From Candidatus Bipolaricaulota bacterium (GTDB taxonomy: Bacteria; Bipolaricaulota; Bipolaricaulia; M55B111), in NCBI GenBank assembly GCA_021735185.1, contig JAIPHN010000002.1, positions 1 to 41,355 of the forward strand: 41,355 nucleotides of DNA, in the 5' to 3' direction. The translations under genes were made by a program, and so were the position numbers. Of this stretch, positions 17,612 to 26,403 are shown in pieces; position 1 is the first letter of the stretch; each line of letters opens with the position of its first letter. The notes under the pieces are model-generated. The model saw only the letters and a program-made list of their open reading frames with translations. It searched no databases and had not been told where the DNA came from.

Positions 17612-19600
17612 ATGAATTTCGGAGTGGATTATTATCCGGAACACTGGCCGGAAGATAGGTGGAGCAAGGACGCAAAGCTTATGGAGGAGGCCAAGTTTGA
17701 TACCGTTCGTCTGGCCGAGTTTGCCTGGTCAAAGATCGAAGGTACCGAGGGCGAGATTGATTTCACCTGGCTGGATAGAGCCATAGAAACTCTGGCGAAT
17801 AGGAACCTGGATATAGTGCTCGGTACGCCGACGGCGGCGCCACCACCCTGGTTGACGGAAAAGCATCCCGAGGTTCTGGCAGTAAATGAGGACAAGGAGG
17901 TAGTGAAGCCGGGTCACCGCCGGCACTACTGCGTAAATAGCAAAGTTTACCGGGACTATACGAAAGCAATCGTGTCGGAAATGGCGGAAAAATACGGGGA
18001 AGATGAAAGAGTTATCGGATGGCAGACGGATAACGAGCTGGGTCACCCGGTCTGTTATTGCGATGACTGCCGGACGAAGTTTCATGCCTGGCTCCGCGAT
18101 AAATATGAGGACATCGACGAATTAAACAACCGCTGGGGCACAACCTTCTGGAGCCACGAATACACTGAGTGGAGCCAGATTCCTTTACCAAATGACAACC
18201 CAAGAAAGGGACCTAATCCTTCTTTACACCTTGATTACAAGAGGTTCTTCTCTCAATCTACGGTGGGATATAACAAATTTCAGGTCGATATCCTGCAAGA
18301 TGAGACGGAAAACCAATGGGTCTGTCATAACTTCATGCCACATTTCCCGAATTTCGATCACTTCGAGATGGCGCAGGACCTCGATCTTGCGACCTGGGAC
18401 CACTACCCAACGGAAATACGGGAATCCTATAAAGAGGTTAGTGCAGGGCATGACCTCACTTATGGGGTTAAGGACAAACCTTTCTGGGTAATGGAAGAAC
18501 AGTGCAGTTATCTCACCCGTGACGATCTTACACCGGCACCCAGGCCGGGCGAGACGAGGATGTGGACATATCAGTCGATAGCTCACGGGGCAGACGGGAT
18601 AATCTATTTCCGCTGGCGCCCCTGCAGGTTTGGAGATGAGCAGTTCCATGGTGGCGTACTTCAGCACGACGGTTCCAGGGAAAGTCCCGGCTACCAGGAA
18701 GTAAAGTCGGTGGGAAACGAGCTGGCTGAAGTAGGAACCGAGATAGATGGTACAGTTGTTGAAGCCGACGTCGGGATTTACTATTCCTTCGAGCAAAACT
18801 GGAGCATGGATACCTACCGGTTCCACTCTCCGATTGATTACGAGGATGAAATTGCCAGCTACTACAATGCTCTCTTTGCTGCCAACGTAAACGTAAAGTT
18901 CGTCTCCAGAAATAGCGACCTAAATGGACTTGACCTACTTATAGTTCCCGTCTTGCCCATGGTGGACGAGTTCCTCCAGGATAAGTTTGAGAGCTTTGTC
19001 AAAGAGGGCGGAAAACTTGTTGGAACCTTTCGAACTGGGATAAAGGATTTCGATAATCACGTTACGGATAAAACGTTTCCGGGGCGTCTATCCGAACTTT
19101 TCGGCATCAGTATCCGCGAATTTACTCCTGTTAAAGACAAACCGGAAGTAACCCTCTCCGGTTTACAGGATGAGGGGAAATCTTATACCGCGAAAGACTG
19201 GGTCGACTGCATTGACCCCGGAGAAGCCGAACCGCTGGCCAAATACGATCAGGGCTGGCCTGGGGATAGAGGCTACGCGGGCGTAACAAGGAATAACCAC
19301 GACGATGGCGCGGCCTATTACGTCGGGCTTTCTGGAGAGGCTGACCTTTACCGGGACCTCGTTTCCTACCTCCTCAAGGAAGCTGGAATAGAACCAATTT
19401 TAACCGGGGATGAAAACCTGGAAGTCAGAAAACGTACTGAACCAGAAACGGGCAAAGAACTTGTTTTCGTAGTCAATCATTCCTCAAGTCAAAAGTCCGT
19501 TCAATTGCCCGGGAAGTTAACGGATGTACTGACGGAAAAAGAAAAGTCAGGAACGACAACCCTTGAACCTTTTGGCGTATTGATATTGCGACAAAAATGA
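17612..19600 (+). CDS. GH42-family beta-galactosidase
   Basis: MNFGVDYYPEHWPE is a typical GH42 N-terminus, and WQTDNELG carries the acid/base Glu context. The ATG at 17612 is preceded by GGGAGG (17602-17607). The track start at 17471 lies inside the permease gene. Confidence 0.85.
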   Translation: MNFGVDYYPEHWPEDRWSKDAKLMEEAKFDTVRLAEFAWSKIEGTEGEIDFTWLDRAIETLANRNLDIVLGTPTAAPPPWLTEKHPEVLAVNEDKEVVKPGHRRHYCVNSKVYRDYTKAIVSEMAEKYGEDERVIGWQTDNELGHPVCYCDDCRTKFHAWLRDKYEDIDELNNRWGTTFWSHEYTEWSQIPLPNDNPRKGPNPSLHLDYKRFFSQSTVGYNKFQVDILQDETENQWVCHNFMPHFPNFDHFEMAQDLDLATWDHYPTEIRESYKEVSAGHDLTYGVKDKPFWVMEEQCSYLTRDDLTPAPRPGETRMWTYQSIAHGADGIIYFRWRPCRFGDEQFHGGVLQHDGSRESPGYQEVKSVGNELAEVGTEIDGTVVEADVGIYYSFEQNWSMDTYRFHSPIDYEDEIASYYNALFAANVNVKFVSRNSDLNGLDLLIVPVLPMVDEFLQDKFESFVKEGGKLVGTFRTGIKDFDNHVTDKTFPGRLSELFGISIREFTPVKDKPEVTLSGLQDEGKSYTAKDWVDCIDPGEAEPLAKYDQGWPGDRGYAGVTRNNHDDGAAYYVGLSGEADLYRDLVSYLLKEAGIEPILTGDENLEVRKRTEPETGKELVFVVNHSSSQKSVQLPGKLTDVLTEKEKSGTTTLEPFGVLILRQK

Positions 19601-19714
19601 AATGGCTGGTAACCCCCCCTCCGGTGATCTGGAATTTTCAATTGTCTTAGCAATCTAGCAAGCCACTGTCTTTATAGCTCGGCCAGAAATGAAGAGCGAA
19701 GGGTGATGAATTAA

Positions 19715-21070
19715 ATGAGAGGGCCAAAAGTTACTATAATTGGTGCCGGCAGTTTCTTTACCAACGCCTGGATAAGTGACATAGCTCTGGCGGATAATAT
19801 GGAAGCCGGTACTTTTGCCTTAATAGATATAGATGAGGAGAGACTGGAACTTTCCAAAAAGATGGCAGAAAAATTAGTTTCGAAGATAGGAACCGACTGG
19901 GAGGTCGTAACCTCTTCTGACAGGGAGAAACTCCTGCCGGAGAGCGATTACCTGATAAACACCATCGAGGTCTCCGGGGTCGAAAACGTGGAGAAAGATT
20001 ACGAGATACCAAAAAAGTACGGTATCGATCAGTGCATTGGCGATACTATAGGCCCCGGCGGAATAATGAAGGCCTTTAGAACTATACCGACCTGGCTTGA
20101 AATACTGGAGGATGCCGAGAGGCTCTGCCCGGAGGCCCTGGTCATGAATTATACAAACCCGATGCATATGATGACTCTTGCCGCAAACAAGGGAACGGAT
20201 ATGGAAATAGCCGGGTTATGCCACTCCGTACAGGGAACCTCCCGGCAGCTTGCTAACTATCTGGATCTTCCTTACGAAGAGCTTAACTGGGAATGTGCCG
20301 GAATAAACCACATGAGCTGGTTCACAAAACTCGAGCATCAAGACAGGAACCTTTACCCTGAGCTTCTGAAAAAGGCCGAAAACTCGGAGATTTACGATCA
20401 GGACCCTATACGCTTTGAAATGGCAAAAGAGTTCGGTTACTTCGTTACGGAGTCCAGTGGCCACTTTTCCGAATACCTGCCCTATTTCCGTAAAAATCAG
20501 GACCTGATCGACAGTTACTGTGGCGAGGGTTATAAGGGGGAAAGTGGTTTTTATTCGAAAAACTGGCCGGAATGGAGACGAACACTGGACGAGTTTCGGC
20601 GCAAATGGATAAAAGGTGAGAAGGTACCGAAAGAGTTAAAAGAAGACACGCCAGGACTGGAAAATTTTGACCCAGAAAAAAGAAGTCTTGAGTACGGTTC
20701 TTACATCATAGAAGCCGTCGAGACGGGAGAGGAGGTCGTTGTATATGGAAATTTCCCGAACGAAGGTTTGATAGATAATCTACCGCGGGATGGAATCGTG
20801 GAAGTGAAGACCCTCGTTGATGGAACCGGATTTCATCCCTGTAAGTTTGGGTCACTTCCGGAACAACTGGCCGGTTTAAATCGCTCTAATATGACCGTCC
20901 ATAAACTGGTGGTCGATTCGATCTTAAACGAGGACAGGGAATCCGCTGTCCGTGCATTCATGCTGGACCCACTGACGGCGGCAGTCTCTACTCCATCCAA
21001 AATAAGGGATATGGCAAAAGAGCTTTTTGCGGCCGAAAGGAATTATATTCCGGATTATTTAACGAAATAA
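19715..21070 (+). CDS. GH4-family alpha-galactosidase/alpha-glucosidase (NAD/Mn-dependent)
   Basis: KVTIIGAGSFF is the N-terminal dinucleotide fold and GLCHSVQGT is the GH4 catalytic block. Size is about 450 aa. Confidence 0.8.
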   Translation: MRGPKVTIIGAGSFFTNAWISDIALADNMEAGTFALIDIDEERLELSKKMAEKLVSKIGTDWEVVTSSDREKLLPESDYLINTIEVSGVENVEKDYEIPKKYGIDQCIGDTIGPGGIMKAFRTIPTWLEILEDAERLCPEALVMNYTNPMHMMTLAANKGTDMEIAGLCHSVQGTSRQLANYLDLPYEELNWECAGINHMSWFTKLEHQDRNLYPELLKKAENSEIYDQDPIRFEMAKEFGYFVTESSGHFSEYLPYFRKNQDLIDSYCGEGYKGESGFYSKNWPEWRRTLDEFRRKWIKGEKVPKELKEDTPGLENFDPEKRSLEYGSYIIEAVETGEEVVVYGNFPNEGLIDNLPRDGIVEVKTLVDGTGFHPCKFGSLPEQLAGLNRSNMTVHKLVVDSILNEDRESAVRAFMLDPLTAAVSTPSKIRDMAKELFAAERNYIPDYLTK

Positions 21071-21221
21071 TGGAGGAATTCCGATTTTTTCGGTTTCTTT
21101 AGAGACACATTTAGTTCGATTGGTTAAAGCCATTAAGGCAAATCAGGAGAACTTACAAACTCCTCTGGCGGGCCACGTTAACGAGGGGTGCAAATACAGT
21201 GATTCAATTCAAAGCAGAATA

Positions 21222-21473
21222 GGTCAAGAACCCCGCCCAAAGTGACGGGGCTGTTGAAAAATAAATTTAACTACGAACTTAGGCCTTTTACAAAAGATGA
21301 CCCAGCAGTCAATCGAGGAAGTTTTCGAATTTATATACGGTATAAGAAATGAACGCATAGCTAATCACTAGGCGCTTTTAAGGATAATGTACTCGATTGA
21401 CTGCTGGACAAGAACCGGCCGATTCATCCCCGCAGCAAGCTACGGGGTTTTCTCGGCGATTTTGGTAAAAAGC
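21222..21473 (+). repeat. interspersed intergenic element, copy B (long form)
   Basis: 5' GGTCAAGAA plus hairpin CCCCG..CGGGG, then CTGTTGAAAAA and TTTTACAAAAGATGACCCAGCA. Perfect 16-bp arms lie at 21302-21317 and 21392-21407 around 74 nt. The hairpin CCCCGCAG-CAAG-CTACGGGG lies at 21428-21447. The tail is TTGGTAAAAAG. Confidence 0.85.
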
Positions 21474-21558
21474 CTGTTTAGTTTGCAAACACTAAAGAGC
21501 GACAAAACTAGACGATAAATTTAAAAACTTAATTGCATATCAGGTAGAGGTACAAAAT

Positions 21559-21672
21559 ATGAACAAGATCATTGAAGAGAAGACAGTCGGCGGCCTAAGG
21601 AAGAAGATAGCCGAAAAGGACGACGGAAGGATAATTGTTTACTACGATCGAACACCCAATAAGGAGGAATAA
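21559..21672 (+). CDS. 37-codon ORF resembling the N-terminal extension of long-form GalT proteins
   Basis: Sequence is MNKIIEEKTVGGLRKKIAEKDDGRIIVYYDRTPNKEE. The DGRxxVYYD block resembles the LADGRELVYYD N-terminus I recall from actinobacterial GalT. SD AGAGG lies 8 nt upstream. The TAA stop overlaps the galT ATG (TAATG). The frame differs from galT. Confidence 0.5.
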   Translation: MNKIIEEKTVGGLRKKIAEKDDGRIIVYYDRTPNKEE

Positions 21673-22661
21673 TGCCCGAACTTCGCTGGAACCCGATTCT
21701 CAAGCGGTGGAATATAATATCTGACAAAAGACAGGATAGGCCGGTGCTTCCAGAAGATAGTTGTCCTCTGTGCCCGGGCGTTCTCGAAGTTCCCCAGGAT
21801 GATTACTACATAGTGACGTTCGAAAACAGGTTCCCCTCCCTCGAGCGTAACCCAGAAAACCCAAACCTAAAAGGGGATTCATTTTACAGGGTACGAGAAA
21901 ACAGGGGAGTATGTGAGGTGGTCCTTTATTCTTCCGATCACGACGTGCCTCCTGCCGATCTCGGCTTCAGGAGACTGGAAGATTTGATCACTGTCTGGAA
22001 GAACAGGTTCGCGGAACTCGGGAGCGAGGAATTCATCGATTACGTATACATCTTCGAAAACCGTGGGAGGGAGATCGGAGTCACGCTGGATCACCCTCAT
22101 GGCCAGCTTTACGCTTTCCCCTTCGTTCCGCCACTCGCTCGTCGGTCAATTGAGAGCGCCAGATCTCACTCCGAGCAACACGGTGAGTGCATTTTCTGTC
22201 GCGTCCTGGAAAAAGAACAAAACTTTGGTAAAAGAATCATCTGGCAGGACGACAATTTCGTGGCTTTTGTCCCGTTTTACGCCAGGTTACCGTACGAGAT
22301 CCATCTTTACCCAAGGCGGCATTTCCCGACTATCACTTCTCTAAATGAGGACGAAAGGAGCTCTCTTGCGAGGGGAATCAAGACGATATTAATGAAGTAC
22401 AGGAAACTGTTTCCGATAGACGACTTTCCCTATATTTCGAGTTTCCACCAGGCTCCTGTCGATGAAAAAGACCATTCCTATTATCATTTTCACCTGGAAT
22501 TCTATTCTCTACAGCGAGCAGAAGATAAAATCAAGTACAGAGCCGGCGTTGAGACGGGGACCTCGACCTTTATCTCCTCTCTTTCCCCGGAGAAGATGGC
22601 AGAGGACCTGCAGGACGTTCAGGTGAATACACGTTCAGAACAAAAAGATGAAAATCGATAA
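21672..22661 (+). CDS. galT: galactose-1-phosphate uridylyltransferase
   Basis: CPLCPG is the zinc site and DHPHGQ is the HPH active site. FENRFPSL and FENRG blocks are also present. Confidence 0.9.
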   Translation: MPELRWNPILKRWNIISDKRQDRPVLPEDSCPLCPGVLEVPQDDYYIVTFENRFPSLERNPENPNLKGDSFYRVRENRGVCEVVLYSSDHDVPPADLGFRRLEDLITVWKNRFAELGSEEFIDYVYIFENRGREIGVTLDHPHGQLYAFPFVPPLARRSIESARSHSEQHGECIFCRVLEKEQNFGKRIIWQDDNFVAFVPFYARLPYEIHLYPRRHFPTITSLNEDERSSLARGIKTILMKYRKLFPIDDFPYISSFHQAPVDEKDHSYYHFHLEFYSLQRAEDKIKYRAGVETGTSTFISSLSPEKMAEDLQDVQVNTRSEQKDENR

Positions 22662-23838
22662 CTTAAAGGGAAAATTCGACAAAGTTTTTAACAATGGGGA
22701 CCAAGCGTCTCTTTTCCGGGCACCCGGAAGGGTAAATTTGATCGGCGAACATACTGATTATAACGATGGTCTGGTCCTACCAATAGCGATCAACCTCTCA
22801 ACCTACGCTTTAATCGCGACAAACGAAGAGGAAAAAGTAAGGCTATTTTCGGAAAACCTGGGTGAGAAGAAAGAATTCTTTCTGACAGACACCGGAATTA
22901 AACGAAATGACTGGACGGACTACATTAGAGGTATCGTATCGGGCCTGCAAAATCGGACTGATCCAGTGCGAGGGTTCGATCTCTACATTAATTCCGAAGT
23001 CCCTGTGGGAAGCGGCTTGTCCAGTTCCGCGGCTCTAGAAATTGCGACCGCCGTTGGGGTAAAGAAAGAGCTACAATTAGAGGACCTGGGTGATCTGGAG
23101 TTAATCAAATTGTGCCAGAGCGCGGAAAACGATTTTGTCGGGGCAAACACTGGTATCATGGATCAGTACGTATCTTATTTCGGTAAGTCAGGCGCCGCGC
23201 TGCTCATAGATACATCTCGTCCCTCCCACGATCCCTTCGAACTTGATCTAAGCGGCCACGAACTTCTGGTAATTGATACAACCGTTTCCCATACCCATGG
23301 AGGCAATGAGTACAACAAACGAAGGAAGGAGTGCGAATCCGCACTTAAAACTATTAACGAAAATAACGCACAGGACAATCGCTTTTCATCGCTCAGCCAG
23401 ATATCTGCCGCCGATCTTAAAAAGTTCAAATCTTATTTACCCGGAATTCAATACAAAAGAACGAAGCACGTTGTCGAGGAAAACGAGCGAGTAGTTCAAA
23501 CAGCAAAACTTTTACAGGAAGGCAAAATAGAACGGGCTGGAGAGCTATTTTACGCATCTCACGAGAGTCTGAGAGATCTTTATGAGGTAAGTTCGTCCGA
23601 ACTGGACTTCCTGGTGGAGTTTGCGGAGGAAGAAGGGATTCCGGGCGCCAGGATGACGGGGGGTGGCTTTGGCGGAGCGACAATTCATCTAGTACCGAAA
23701 GGTCGTTTAGAAGAATACCGGACAAAAGCAAAGAGTGAATTCGAAAGGGAATTTGACATTGTCCCCAAGTGCTTCGTTGTCCTTCCAAGTGACGGTGCGA
23801 AATTTCAGCCGACTCCGAATAATTATCAGCAATCGTAA
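22648..23838 (+). CDS. galK: galactokinase
   Basis: GRVNLIGEHTDYNDG is the galactokinase signature and PVGSGLSSSAALE is the GHMP motif. It overlaps galT by 14 nt. Confidence 0.95.
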   Translation: MKIDNLKGKFDKVFNNGDQASLFRAPGRVNLIGEHTDYNDGLVLPIAINLSTYALIATNEEEKVRLFSENLGEKKEFFLTDTGIKRNDWTDYIRGIVSGLQNRTDPVRGFDLYINSEVPVGSGLSSSAALEIATAVGVKKELQLEDLGDLELIKLCQSAENDFVGANTGIMDQYVSYFGKSGAALLIDTSRPSHDPFELDLSGHELLVIDTTVSHTHGGNEYNKRRKECESALKTINENNAQDNRFSSLSQISAADLKKFKSYLPGIQYKRTKHVVEENERVVQTAKLLQEGKIERAGELFYASHESLRDLYEVSSSELDFLVEFAEEEGIPGARMTGGGFGGATIHLVPKGRLEEYRTKAKSEFEREFDIVPKCFVVLPSDGAKFQPTPNNYQQS

Positions 23839-23884
23839 CACGTGATTCTAGCTATATAGTCTTGTACCAAAATTACGCGGTTTT

Positions 23885-24126
23885 GAGACCTCGTAAAGTT
23901 AACACTAGATTAATCGAGAGATTGATTTTGCAACCAGGAGTTGGTCCAGCACCCAGATGAGCTCCGGAACATGGATCAAGATTTTTACTTCACTATTGTA
24001 TGGGCTGCCACGCTCGTTCAGTGGTAGATTATACTTCCAGGTTACTTTTCTCATCTGGGTGCTGGTTGAAAGTCTCGAGAGAGCAAGTTGGTCTTAACCT
24101 TTTAGAGGTCACCAACTGGGTAAAGC
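23885..24126 (+). repeat. interspersed intergenic element, copy C (diverged long form)
   Basis: GGTCCAGCACCCAG aligns with D GACCCAGCACCCAG. Perfect 16-bp arms CCAGCACCCAGATGAG (23946-23961) and CTCATCTGGGTGCTGG (24050-24065) enclose 88 nt. The tail is CTGGGTAAAGC. Confidence 0.65.
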
Positions 24127-24340
24127 AATTAGATTTCTCAAAAGGTAGCTAGTTCATCTTGTATACTCATTTAGAAGTTAGTCACGAGTGAGAAAATGGC
24201 ACAACTTAGTTAAACTTGGTTGGGCGAGAGGAGAGCGCACATTTTAGGTTGTAATAAACCGTAACATCTATTAACCTCATTTTGGAAACTTGAGTATTTA
24301 TATCCACTTTTATTCCAAAAAACACAGAAGGTGAGATACG

Positions 24341-24571
24341 ATGGTTAGTGAAGAAGAAGTCGAAAACGCATTAGACGAGGTCAGACCCTCGATTCAGGCA
24401 GATGGTGGGGATGTAATTCTGGACGAGATTACCGAAGACAACGTCGTAAAAGTTAAACTTGTAGGTGCCTGTGTCGGCTGCCCTATGTCGACCATGACCC
24501 TGAAGCAGGGAGTGGAAAAGGTACTAGAAGCCAATGTTCCCGACATTAAAGAGGTAAAAGCCGTCTCCTGA
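24341..24571 (+). CDS. NifU-like (C-terminal NifU domain) Fe-S assembly protein
   Basis: 76 aa with VKLVGACVGCPMSTMTLK (CxxC of the Nfu/NifU C-terminal domain). SD GAAGGTGAG lies upstream. Confidence 0.8.
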   Translation: MVSEEEVENALDEVRPSIQADGGDVILDEITEDNVVKVKLVGACVGCPMSTMTLKQGVEKVLEANVPDIKEVKAVS

Positions 24572-24637
24572 AGTCTTGAGTAAGTCAACTCAAGTTAGTA
24601 CCATATTTTACGCTAAAAAAAATAGAGGTGGGATAAA

Positions 24638-25066
24638 ATGTCAGCTAGTCTGAATCAGGTTATATTAATTGGAAACCTAACCGAGGATCCGGAGCTTCAG
24701 TATACTCAGTCGGGTGTCGCCCGAACTACTTTTACCATTGCGATAAATCGTCAATACCGTGACAGCAACGACGAATTGCAGGAAGATACCACTTTTGTAC
24801 CGATCACCACCTGGAGAAACCAGGCAGAGAATTGCGCCACTTATTTAAGCAAGGGCAGGCCCGTAGCAGTTACAGGTAGACTGAGAATTTCCAGCTACGA
24901 GGACGACGATGGCAACAACCGTAAATGGACCAGTGTAGTAGCGCAAAACGTCCAGTTTCTCGGCTCAGGACAGGGTCAAGCGCCGGATGATGAAGAAGTT
25001 CAAAGTCCAAGTACAGACAGACCTGACAAGGCTAGCTCGGGTGATGACGAAGAAATTCCTTTTTAA
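24638..25066 (+). CDS. ssb: single-stranded DNA-binding protein
   Basis: The N-terminus NQVILIGNLTEDPELQYTQSGVARTTFTIAINR is an OB fold. A Gly/Gln linker follows, then the acidic tip DDEEIPF. Confidence 0.95.
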   Translation: MSASLNQVILIGNLTEDPELQYTQSGVARTTFTIAINRQYRDSNDELQEDTTFVPITTWRNQAENCATYLSKGRPVAVTGRLRISSYEDDDGNNRKWTSVVAQNVQFLGSGQGQAPDDEEVQSPSTDRPDKASSGDDEEIPF

Positions 25067-25160
25067 GAGCTTCACCCTCAAATAATCTTTCTCCGCGGTG
25101 GCCATTCCTCCGGATTACTTTTTTCCTGGAACATTTTAGCTATCCGGTGGAATATATTGT

Positions 25161-25194
25161 AGTCGGGGCTAATGCTTTTCCCGACTTTTGATTT
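25161..25194 (+). terminator. possible rho-independent terminator downstream of ssb
   Basis: AGTCGGG (25161-25167) pairs with CCCGACT (25180-25186) across a 12-nt loop, followed by TTTGATTT. Confidence 0.4.
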
Positions 25195-25213
25195 AAGTCT
25201 GTTGAGATGTAAT

Positions 25214-26401
25214 CTAGCGAGCCAATTCCCTTTTCAATTTGGAAGCCAGCTCGCCCGGGAGCGCTTTTAAAATGGTCGTAAGAACGAGGGGATTTTTCGC
25301 CATCTTTTTTGCCAGCGGATAGAGATGATCTATATCACCGTTCTCGGACACCCAGTCGGCGATTTTGGGCCTGTTTAGTAAATTCAGCAATCTGCCCAGA
25401 CGATCATCCGAAACACTTTCCAGCACCCTGTGCAACAACATCTCCCTTTTCAGGTCATGTCCGAATCTATCCATCCATCGTTCGTAGTAGCGTCGAGAAG
25501 GATTTTCCAGCCCAGAAAGACTCTTTACCGTTACTTCACCCGCGATTTTAGAAGCGATAGAAATAGGGTAAAGCCCGCCACCAGTGGTCGGCTTCACCTG
25601 ACCTGCGGCATCACCAACCGTAAGGACCTTTCCCCCGCAGGAATGGTCCGGAACACCTATTGGAATCACGCCGGTTCTGAAGTCAGCCGGCTTCCTTCCT
25701 CCTGCTCTATCAAGCAACGTTTGGAAATAGTCTTTAAGCCCATCACCCTTTTTTGTAGCAAGCCCGACGCGAGCTTTGTTGGACGAAACAGGAATGATCC
25801 AGCCGAAAAAGCCGGGAGCTATTTTTCGTCCAAAAAAAACCTCAACGCGACCTGGAGATATATCCGGTAGTTCAATTTCCCCCTGAATTGCGTAAAGCAA
25901 CTCTGAGGGGCTCTCCAGCCCGAACAATCGGCGAACATCGCTACGAGGGCCATCAGCGCCAATCACGATTTCCGGGCATAACTCACGCTCCTCCGAATCG
26001 TTAATTGCCCTGATTGTGACCCTGGCACCGTCTCTTTCAAAAATTCCGGTTTCAGGGTTAACCCTGACCCCTTTTTCTTCGGCCCTGGCGAGGAGATCGG
26101 CATTGAGTTCGTCTCTATCTATCACGTAAGCCTTGACCTGAGGTGAAGAAAGAACAAAGCTTTCCCCTTCCGGAGGATGGATTTCAACTCCTTTTATTTC
26201 ATTTACGATCGCTCCATCAGCAGCACCAAGCTCATCCCAGGTATTCTTGCTGACAAGACCTCCACAGGCACTCGATTGAGACGGATCGGACTTCTTGTCG
26301 ACCAAAGTCGTGACCGCACCACCCTCGGCAGCAACTCCCGCAGCTATCGAGCCCGCCGGACCTCCCCCTACAACCAGTACATCTGGGTCGTTACTGGACA
26401 T
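25214..26401 (-). CDS. geranylgeranyl reductase-family FAD-dependent oxidoreductase
   Basis: DVLVVGGGPAGS is the FAD fold, and GDAAGQVKPTTGGG is typical of the GGR family. The ATG at 26401 lies 2 nt after the upstream stop. The track's TTG at 26413 is less likely. Confidence 0.75.
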   Translation of the reverse strand: MSSNDPDVLVVGGGPAGSIAAGVAAEGGAVTTLVDKKSDPSQSSACGGLVSKNTWDELGAADGAIVNEIKGVEIHPPEGESFVLSSPQVKAYVIDRDELNADLLARAEEKGVRVNPETGIFERDGARVTIRAINDSEERELCPEIVIGADGPRSDVRRLFGLESPSELLYAIQGEIELPDISPGRVEVFFGRKIAPGFFGWIIPVSSNKARVGLATKKGDGLKDYFQTLLDRAGGRKPADFRTGVIPIGVPDHSCGGKVLTVGDAAGQVKPTTGGGLYPISIASKIAGEVTVKSLSGLENPSRRYYERWMDRFGHDLKREMLLHRVLESVSDDRLGRLLNLLNRPKIADWVSENGDIDHLYPLAKKMAKNPLVLTTILKALPGELASKLKRELAR

Positions 26402-26403
26402 CT

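Noticed and set aside
19601-19714. Missing ABC ATPase gene as an anomaly of the sugar transporter locus
   Set aside because: CUT1-type sugar ABC systems commonly use a shared ATPase encoded elsewhere (MsiK/MalK-like), so its absence is ordinary.
21171-21187. CGTTAACG palindrome between the GH4 gene and galT as a second LacI-type operator
   Set aside because: It is centred on TA rather than CG, is only 8 bp long, and has no flanking similarity to the 13424-13435 site.
23946-23961. Hammerhead-like CAGATGAG word in the arm of copy C
   Set aside because: The core CUGAUGA is not matched (A instead of U), and no properly placed GAAA or cleavage-site helix arrangement is present.
24011-24030. tRNA-like D-arm sequence (GCTCGTTCAGTGGTAGA) in the loop of copy C
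   Set aside because: No acceptor stem, anticodon arm or T-arm (GTTCGAATC-type) can be built around it, so it is not a tRNA gene.
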